From the IMG/VR virus record IMGVR_UViG_3300040801_002379, positions 1-64,000 of that record: a stretch of DNA of 64,000 bases. The stretch is one strand, 5' to 3'. This DNA comes from a virus. Below, piece after piece: positions 9,701 through 17,000 of this stretch. The stretch's first letter is position 1. Every line of letters begins with the position of its first letter. The notes beneath the pieces are model-generated. The model was not told the origin of the DNA, searched no databases, and worked only from the letters and a program-made list of their open reading frames with translations. The position numbers and the translations under genes were made by a program.

Positions 9701-12700
9701 CATTTGGCGGCGTCATCTTGATAGACCTTCTTGGTGCCCTGGAGGCTCGCGATGTCGTACAAGAGGTCGGCGGTCTTCGTGATGTCGACGGCCCCAACAT
9801 CGTCCGACCATCCTGCCATCGAGAACTTCGCGCCTACAGGAAGCTGGGAGAAGAAGGTGTTGAGGAACTCAAGCTGGAACGCCTTGCCGTCAAGGACCTC
9901 GGTCGGAGGCGTAACCTCAATCCAGGTCGGGTAGGCTTCGGGGTCGGTCGCTACCGGTGTGTCTTTCTGGATTGTGGCGAGGTAGCCCTTCGTGTCCTCG
10001 AAGGTGGCACCATCGGTGACCAATGCGAGCGTGGAGAACTGCTCGAAAATCTGCTTCGCTTTCCCAACGTCCTGATGCGCCTCCTGGTCGATGACGGCAC
10101 CAGTGTTTTTATCGATGACCCGGTACGTGCTCGTGTTGAAGTTGAAGGTGTAGACGTTGTCCATGAAGTCTGCGGCCAACGTCTTCGCTTCACCCATGTG
10201 GGTACTCCAGAAGCCCCAATTATTGACCTGCATCTCAGATACGGTCTCGAAGTCTTCTGACGCGAAGTCGGAAGGCTTGGCCTCGACGATGATGATGCCG
10301 TCCTCCTTCTTGCCCGCGTACTTGATGAGCGAGGCCAGAGACCAAGTGGTTATCTCTTTCGGTTGCAGCTCTGTTGGGCCTGTGACCTCCCACTTCCCGT
10401 TGGGCTTCGCGATGGCATCGATGGCGTAGTTGAAGAAGGTGTCGACGCCGACACTGACATGCGTACCCTCATCAAGGTCATTGAGGAAGTTGAGCTGGCC
10501 AAAGACGCTTCCGTCTGCTGCGTCGATTGCGTCGAATGCGTACTTGGCCCACGGCCCATCCACGCCGAGAGGCTTCACGCCAGCATACTGGCCCGAGGAG
10601 CCGAAGTCTTTGTCCTCCTGTGAAACAGGAGGTGGAGCCGTCGGTAGCGCCACCTCCCAGGTGTCGCCCGTCATGCCCCCAGAAAGGCCCGGTGCTCCGA
10701 AGACGCTGCCAGTAATCGCACTCTCCCACGTACCGTTTTCGAGCTTCTTGAACTTGGACGTTTCCTCCCCCTCCCCGTAGGTGATGGTGGTGCCTGAAGG
10801 ATAGGCGTCCAGCATCTCCGTGACCGCAGCCTCATCCTCGGGGAAGGTGACTTGACCCTCGGGCATGGTCTCGAAGTTGTTCTCCGATACAGACCCCAGA
10901 CCCTTGAGTTGGGCGACGGCATTGGGGCTGATGATGGTCGCCCCGGTGAGGATGTTATCGAGCGTAGTGACGTGAGCTTGGCCGCCGGTTGCGTCGTTGG
11001 TCACCTTCCATCCCGTGCTCACCTTCTTGGCCGTGCGCGCGGTCCCGTTCAGGATGAACTTGAAGCTGTCCAGCTTCGCTAGGAACTCCTTCTGGTCCGC
11101 GTTCAAGTCAGCGAACTCGACGGTCTCCAGACCTGGAGTCCCCGCCTCAGGCGCCGGGATGTGGACCGCTATCGCATTGAAGGGCGGTTCCATGGCCAGC
11201 TTCTCGATAAACTCGTCTTGGAAGAGCAAAGTCGTAGAGGTTCGCCACTTTGGTCCGGACGGTGTATCCTGCTTCTTGAACTCCTCGCCGTTGAAGAAGA
11301 TGATGGAGCCCTGCGGGAGCCCTTCTAGGTAATCGTCGTCTGCCACCTCCTCGATGGTGAGCTTCTCAGGGAGCTTCTGCTCGTACGCCATCACGGCGTT
11401 CGAGATGACGTTGTGGGCCTGCGTATCGGACAGCGGGAGTCCGATTTTGGAGCCACCTGTCGTCATCTGCCACTTGTTGGCGGCGACCTTCGCCAGGTAG
11501 TAGCCCGGTTCGCCAGAGTAGACGCCACCGACGGGCGTATTCTTCACCTCGCTCAGGCTGAGGTTCTTGTTCGGCTTGGGCTCCTCTTCACCCGAGGGAC
11601 CAGAAGACTCGGGCATCGTCTCGAAGTTATCCTCGCTCGGCTTCAGACCCCAGAACTTCCAACCGCCACCCGACGGGACCTTCGACTTGCCGGTCTTCGC
11701 CTTGTAGTCTTCGACGTTCTCGTAGCCCTTCTGGACAACCCACACGAAGTCCGAGGCTGCGCTCAGGCTGTCGAAGGCGTGCCACATGTCGGCGCCAGGG
11801 AGCTGAACGTTGAAGCCATCTGCCTGCGCGTTGAGCTTCACGGGCAGCTTCTTGGCCGCGTGCGTGAACTTCTTCTTGACCGTGACGGTCGTGAACTCGG
11901 GCAGCGGGCTATTAGAGACCTTCGGTGCGTCGACGGGCTTCTTCACCGTCGAGCTTCCATCCCCCGTAGCCTGGAGCGGGGGGCCACTCGTGACCTCGAC
12001 CGCCTGCTTCTCGATGGGCGAGCCCTTGAAGATGCTCGCGGCTGCGTCGAACTGCGAGCCCAGATTCCCCTTCTCGTTGTCGATGGGCCAGGCGATGTAG
12101 CTCGGATTGCCGAACATGTTCGAGTAGCTGACGCCGAACACCTTCTCGCCACCGTTATCCCAGATGACGATTTGGGAACCGAGAGCTGTCGCTACCTCCT
12201 GGACCTTCGTGGGGACGATGGACATGTCAGAAACGACGCCGTCGCCGTGGTCCAGAACCATCTCCAGAAGGCTCTTCATCTTCGGGGGAGGTGTGATGGT
12301 GCCGGTAGGCTTCAGCGAGTCGCCGAATTCCTTCAGCTTCAGCATCTTCGTCGCGCTGTAGCTGATGCCCTTCTTCTTCTTCTCGGCCGCGGTCATGTCG
12401 AGGTCGAGGCCGTTGGTCCAGAGGTACAGCGAGTCGCATGCCGCGTTGGGACTCGTGAACTCCTTCATGGTGCCATCGGGGTACGTGACCCGCACCATCC
12501 CCGAGGGCATGAAGAAGATGTTGAACTTCTTCTTCTTGTAGGTGACGTCGGCGTCGAAGCCGACACCAGGGTAGTTGGCCCCGAACGACTTCACCGGGCC
12601 GCCTGGATTGATGAGCGTGGCCGTGCCCTTCTTCACCGGAATGAACGCGCCTGTAGGACCGAGCGCGTCCTTCTTGTCCTTCTCCGCTTCCAGCTTCTCC

Positions 12701-13725
12701 GCAGTTTCTGGAGTCTGGAGCTTGACCGGGGGAGTCTTGGCCTTCGGGACCGGGGTCTTCTTGGTCGTGCCCGGGGTCTGGCCCGCCACCGCGGCCTCGA
12801 CCGTCGTCGGAATCTCCTTGCCGAGGAACCACTCCCAATTCGACTTCGACTCCTTGATGCGGTCCAGAATCCGTTTCCGGAGATTGGCCTGCGTGGTCTT
12901 GCCGGCGGCGGCCTTCACGTAGGGCTCGATGAGGTCCTTGATGTCCTCCTCGGACAGGCCCTTCAATCGGCTGAAGACGACGCTGGCCGCAGCTACCGGG
13001 TCACCCGTGATTTGACCGTCGTGGTACGCCTTCCAGAACTGGCTGTAGACCTGCTTCGATGGGTTGGGGTTGGCGCCGCTCGTGGCCTCCTCGCCCTTCA
13101 CCGGGAGCTTGTCCTGACCAAGGAAGCGCCAGGCTTGGCCCTTGTCGATGGAATGGATGTGACCGTCCAGAATTCCGATGTTCTCGCCGTGCGAGTCGTG
13201 CTGCGAAATCATCCAGTCGAAGACGTGGTGCTGGACAATCTCGTCGAAGTGCTTCTGGAACTTCTGCCGCAGAGAGGCCGAGACCGCCATGGAGCTGGCC
13301 TCTTTGCCGATGGGCTTCCAGCCCTCCCTCATGCGGATGAGCGCGCCGTGCTGGTTGCCGAGAAGGATGTAGCGCGCGAACTGTACCTGGCCCGGGAGCA
13401 GCGCAGCTCCGAGCTTCGAGGTGACCTCCTCGGCTCGGGCAATCTTCTTGTTGACGTGCTTGAAGAGGTACCTCTGGCCGGTCTTCTTGTGCTTGAAGAC
13501 GGGGCTCCCATGCGAGCCCAACGTCTGGCCCGTGGACTCCAGTTGGTTCAGCTCCTCCTGCGTGAATTCCTCGCCAATGGAGGCCTTCGCATCCTCGGGC
13601 GAGACCTTGATGTACTCCTTCTTTCCGCCAATGAGGACGACCTTGTATCCTCCGGGAGTGATGCCGCCGACCGGGGTGACGTAGGCTTTCTGGAGCGTGT
13701 CTTTGGGGAGCTGGAGCTTGGGCAC
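6757..13725 (-). CDS. giant (2322 aa) putative packaged/internal virion polyprotein with N-terminal PI3/PI4-kinase-like domain
   Basis: Uninterrupted ORF with protein-like composition throughout. Kinase-like motifs are YLFK, DSHGEN and IDKGQAW. It carries five (N/D)NFETMP-type motifs. It shares the GGITPGGYKV module with the 23343-25400 product. It lies between the MuF-like gene and the protease. Confidence 0.85.
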   Translation of the reverse strand: MPKLQLPKDTLQKAYVTPVGGITPGGYKVVLIGGKKEYIKVSPEDAKASIGEEFTQEELNQLESTGQTLGSHGSPVFKHKKTGQRYLFKHVNKKIARAEEVTSKLGAALLPGQVQFARYILLGNQHGALIRMREGWKPIGKEASSMAVSASLRQKFQKHFDEIVQHHVFDWMISQHDSHGENIGILDGHIHSIDKGQAWRFLGQDKLPVKGEEATSGANPNPSKQVYSQFWKAYHDGQITGDPVAAASVVFSRLKGLSEEDIKDLIEPYVKAAAGKTTQANLRKRILDRIKESKSNWEWFLGKEIPTTVEAAVAGQTPGTTKKTPVPKAKTPPVKLQTPETAEKLEAEKDKKDALGPTGAFIPVKKGTATLINPGGPVKSFGANYPGVGFDADVTYKKKKFNIFFMPSGMVRVTYPDGTMKEFTSPNAACDSLYLWTNGLDLDMTAAEKKKKGISYSATKMLKLKEFGDSLKPTGTITPPPKMKSLLEMVLDHGDGVVSDMSIVPTKVQEVATALGSQIVIWDNGGEKVFGVSYSNMFGNPSYIAWPIDNEKGNLGSQFDAAASIFKGSPIEKQAVEVTSGPPLQATGDGSSTVKKPVDAPKVSNSPLPEFTTVTVKKKFTHAAKKLPVKLNAQADGFNVQLPGADMWHAFDSLSAASDFVWVVQKGYENVEDYKAKTGKSKVPSGGGWKFWGLKPSEDNFETMPESSGPSGEEEPKPNKNLSLSEVKNTPVGGVYSGEPGYYLAKVAANKWQMTTGGSKIGLPLSDTQAHNVISNAVMAYEQKLPEKLTIEEVADDDYLEGLPQGSIIFFNGEEFKKQDTPSGPKWRTSTTLLFQDEFIEKLAMEPPFNAIAVHIPAPEAGTPGLETVEFADLNADQKEFLAKLDSFKFILNGTARTAKKVSTGWKVTNDATGGQAHVTTLDNILTGATIISPNAVAQLKGLGSVSENNFETMPEGQVTFPEDEAAVTEMLDAYPSGTTITYGEGEETSKFKKLENGTWESAITGSVFGAPGLSGGMTGDTWEVALPTAPPPVSQEDKDFGSSGQYAGVKPLGVDGPWAKYAFDAIDAADGSVFGQLNFLNDLDEGTHVSVGVDTFFNYAIDAIAKPNGKWEVTGPTELQPKEITTWSLASLIKYAGKKEDGIIIVEAKPSDFASEDFETVSEMQVNNWGFWSTHMGEAKTLAADFMDNVYTFNFNTSTYRVIDKNTGAVIDQEAHQDVGKAKQIFEQFSTLALVTDGATFEDTKGYLATIQKDTPVATDPEAYPTWIEVTPPTEVLDGKAFQLEFLNTFFSQLPVGAKFSMAGWSDDVGAVDITKTADLLYDIASLQGTKKVYQDDAAKWAVDYADPEVWHKEDTFVVALPGNPTELPDNLAAEVKASMAAEPIEDVVTKMPSDMSAEEKAAKVKTKLTLLEAFDHLDFVKSHPEISIKPSKKAGLYNIVTQASIVPNATGMALLEELAEKHGIQKKFKSHPNSNSYGAFLTIDETEAQKLHEVTLPAGEANPVAAKNNFETMPDVQTSGPSGKKKLLKTIAKSLSVKKKLEKLGDLPAGTQVAFGDGSKFIKLSDGSYQSEGSNVLPDGVIYTDFSVAQLIGMKGGCKLLPKGSDLPGVLPKSAPTEAAPTKNWTKPEDPEKAKKILWAKAWKAPDVETTRRVPYLVQKAGLQPEDGLYVREQKDGYVAIGDGTEETAQKLLGAATEGGIQKTPFGLLFVLSTDDLKKSTPNADTITGPDGNAYPHGTVFEEEKVYKKLVEKMTEETVGKVAPYMGPLQGMSHTYKVLKSSPDAEQKAKEIQSKYGIDVALDAIQGIGSDLKVGNKYIMFPIPEAKANENSEDFEVKTIPKEPPKPEPIKLKSLGILSGPANYGQPFPVNRDDLSNLSELKPGRFGNFITMGKGHVYRRGGVEVYKVKTPDGKTRFRIVGELNVPPTWKSANWTETKVAFNQAGKPHSILGDWAPENNFDADTGTHIQDTDLAASFNSKRATLSDGKSTVTTFTGLTWKRHFMVEIEEGADAEQALADAVKQFGIDVNDAMATPDENDRRVVIKQQLLQNHHGPNGRIMVEELARETMGYTLSKPSSWEETLDTKLKGKIKKTDIDSARVVVGANGKPQVISNDLDPVLGLDKTVWAIGTALSKNGAVNMLMQGGYTGQEQRLFTGNSKYIGNTTSGTSDMTCGGGVGFFARVVNTSNKSISDSYGAVKALWHPRIARQTNWHINDADGYGMQTPNGPGTWKPRVRKNISGQLSGSNEFVVEDTDNRDLVGLLCNSDDIRDFIISKAKEAGVTELNGKPLEEVILTKTSTYNYKDDLEKLELLKEPLDV

Positions 13726-13735
13726 TGGAACCTCC

Positions 13736-14005
13736 TCAGCTTGCGTGCCGTCGTGCGAGCGAGCTGTCCACCCGAATGTCGTAGAACAGCCCCGCCAGTG
13801 CGGGGAACTCGGCCTCCAGTTTCAAGTCTCGAACCCCTTCAATCCACTGCTTCGCGTACCGAGCTGCGACCGACATGCCCAGCTCGGTGAGGACGCCATC
13901 CTCGTCCTCGACGCCCTCGGCTTTCTGGAGGACGTCACCCACCAGGCCAAGAACATGGAGGCTGGACGGACCTCGTCCGTGCGTCTCCTTGATGATGAAC
14001 TTCAT
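13736..14005 (-). CDS. hypothetical protein
   Basis: 89 aa. The ATG overlaps the stop of the MuF-like gene (ATGA at 14005-14002). Confidence 0.5.
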   Translation of the reverse strand: MKFIIKETHGRGPSSLHVLGLVGDVLQKAEGVEDEDGVLTELGMSVAARYAKQWIEGVRDLKLEAEFPALAGLFYDIRVDSSLARRHAS

Positions 14006-17000
14006 TGGTCGTCCTCCGCCAGAACGTACCGGTTCTGACCATCCGAGAGAACCTCAATCAATAGCCCTTGGGAGGCACTGAAGCGCTTTGGCTTCGAGGT
14101 CTTGTCGATGTTCTGCGTGATTCGATTGAGCTTGAGCAGGCCGCGAGCCCAGCTCTCCCCCTCAGCTTCGGATTTCTGGAGGGTGATGAGCGCCTGGAGC
14201 CCGTCGAACTGGTCCGCCAGGTCCTCCTCGTGGAGGATGCCGGTGCCGTCCGCGGTCTTCTCGAAGATGGGGACACCCCGGTAGTCACTGTTGTCGATGA
14301 GCACCGCGGAGTCACACGCCGCCGCCACCGCTGCGAAATTGGACGGTACGCGCTGGTAGATGCTCCGTACGAGCCTCGGGTCGACGAACCGGCCCGTCTC
14401 CTTCCCCCGCCTCTCGACCCGCTCCAGGGCCTCCTGAGGCTCGACATGGGTCATCACCAGGCGGACCTCGTAGCCCTTGTCCCGCAGCTCCAGGGCCTGG
14501 TTGACGAAGTCGTCCTTGTCGGCGCCAGTCCGGTCGATGACGACGTCCCGCATCTCGCTGAGCGCCCGCTGCTGGAGCGCGACCATGACGCCGTGGCTCT
14601 CGTGCTGGCACGCGCTGGCCGCGGTACGGTAGCCCTCATCAATCATCTGTCGGTACTCGGGGAGCTGCTCCTTGACCGTGTCGGAGTTGATTTCGACGGC
14701 GCCAGCGCCAGCACCAATCTTCTCCAGAAGAGAGGTCTTGCCGGAGGCCGGACCGCCCATGGAGATAGTCGCCACCGGCTTCCGGTCCTTCGGCGGAGGC
14801 TTGGCCTTCGAAAGCGCCTTCTCGATGATTTCGTCATGGAGCGCCTTTCGCTCTGGATTCCACGCACCCTTCTCAGCATCGAAGTGCACCTGTTCGGTGC
14901 CGCCTCGACGACCGAACATCGAAGGCTGCCATGCCTCTCGGTCGAACTTGGGCTCCGGAATCCACGTCGGATAGCCGGTCTTCCAACCGTACTCCTCCTG
15001 CTCCTTCTTCTGCTTCGCCTTCACCGGAGTACGCTTCCAAGGGATGGTGTGCTGGGGGTCAGCCCACATGCCCCCGCGAGGGCCGATGTACGGACCGCCA
15101 GCTTTCTGGAAGGGCTGAGCGACGCCGGCTCGATGGTTCCGGAACCAACCCGCGATGAGCTTCATGGCTCGACGTCGGTTTTCTGGAGTCAGCTCCCGCC
15201 GAATCTCACGCCAGCGCGGGCTGTTCTTCATCGCCCAGAGGACCGGGCTTCGTGTCTTCACCTTCGCGTCCTGCGCCGACTTCTTGTCGTTGAGGTCGCG
15301 GAAGACCTCCTGCATGTGCGCGGCGACCTCGGCGGGCTGGTTGACGTACTGCTTGTAATCGCGAGCACCGGCCGTGCGACTGGTCGACTTCTGACGGCCC
15401 GTCTGGAGCCGGGCCTTGATGCCCGGGTCGATGGCGTGCGTCATCTCGTGCGCGAGCGAATTCCGAAGCTCCTGAGCGAGCCCGGCGGGGTCGGTCTTCA
15501 ATCCCGGAGGGACGAACAAGGTGATGAGCGCACCGTTGTTCCTCTTGCTGAAGTCAATCTGGCCTTCGAACGCTACCCTCTTGTTCCAGCCAATCTGGAC
15601 CTGGACGCGGCGCTCGCCCATCTTCGTCAGGTACTTCAGGCCGACGAGGTCATCGACGTCGACGAGGCCGTTCGCGCCTGGAGCGACCTGGCTCATGAAG
15701 GTGTCGATGATGGAATGAACCTTCTCGTTCTCGATGTGCGGGACGCCTTCGCGCGCCTTCCACGGAATCTTGTGCTGGGGGTCCTCCCATAGGCCACCGC
15801 GGGGACCGACGAACGGGACCGACTTCTCGACGTGAACCTGCTTCAGCTTCGTGTAGTAGCGCGGGTCCTCGGCCAGGTGGTCGAGCGCAATCTCGCGAGC
15901 GACCTGCCGGTCGTTCGTGTGCTCCAGCTCGACTTCGATGCCCATCTTGAGCTGTTCGGGGTCGACGTCTTCAGGCTTGAGCTTGTCGCCCTTCCCGCCG
16001 GGAAGGCGGTCCGCTTTCTGGAACCCGGCCGCCTCGATTTCGTTGGGGTCCAGATTGAAGGTGACGATGAGGCGTTCGCGGAGCCGCTCCTCGTAGTCGT
16101 CGGGTAGCTCGAACGGATATTCCCGGTCCTGTCGAGTAGGGTCGGCCACGTTCGGTGCTGTCCGGCGTACTCGACGGCCGATTTCCTCCTCCAGGAACTT
16201 CCGGTTCTCAGGGATTTGCGCAATCTGCCGGAGGCCCAGCTCCTGCGCGGGCCCACGCGCGGGGTCGTACGGGTAGACGTTCTCCTTGATGTCGACGCCC
16301 GGGATGCGGCGGTAGACCTCGGTGGGCTTGCGGACAACGAACTGTCGGTCGGTCCGCTGCTCGGCTCGGACGTCCTCGCCGGCCAGCTCCTGCGGTGTGA
16401 CCTGCACGCGAGGCTGAGCCGCCTGGAGGTGGGCGAAGGGGTTGTCCATCCCGATGACGAGCTGGGGCCCGGATGTGCCCCGGTCGACGGCCCGCTGGCC
16501 CATGTGGCTCCACTGCGCCGCGTCCTCGGCCCTCAGGCCGCCCGCAGAGCGCGCCTGGTAGCCGCCAGTGGGCGTGGGCTCGCCGATAGGGGCAAGGGTC
16601 GCCTTCATCATTCCGTCCGCCAGGATGCCTCCTGGACGCCGCAGAGCGAGCACCTTGGCCCGGAACTCCTCCAGCGGGACGATGCTCATCGCCCCGTAGA
16701 ACTCCTCGCGGTCGTAGTGGATGAGGTAGGCATCCCGGGCCGTGTGTGGGTCAGGGAAACCGACCATGGCCTTGTCCTCGTCCCACTCGCCGCTCTCGGG
16801 GTCGACCTGGTGGACGATGTAGACGTTGGGCGCTGTCGGGTCGGGACCCACGTAGACGTCGTACTCGTCCCCGTCGGGACCGAGCGTACCCTCGACGTAG
16901 CCGTAGGCGAAGAACATCCGAGTCTGGCCCTCGTAGCCGGTCGGGTCCGTCCAGCGGCGGACGTCGCCCACGCGCTGCTCGATGGCGATGGGCAGGCCTT

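Noticed and set aside
11413-13890. Very long plus-strand ORFs: 11413-13890 (825 aa), 14068-15792, 25810-27648, 58796-60184, 4248-5273, 17893-19218, 55254-56447 and 19844-20440.
   Set aside because: All lie antisense to minus-strand genes that have recognisable domains. Their translations are Arg/Leu/Val/Gly/Asp-rich with almost no Lys/Asn/Ile/Phe, they lack SD sequences, and they carry no motifs. This is the typical open antisense frame of GC-rich DNA. The only exception kept is the last ~200 codons of 16216-17880.
14260-14922. The Zeta-toxin-like domains, considered as a classical epsilon/zeta toxin-antitoxin module.
   Set aside because: Both copies are C-terminal domains of large head-module proteins. 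There is no small antitoxin ORF upstream. The context fits delivered 'polyvalent' effector domains instead.
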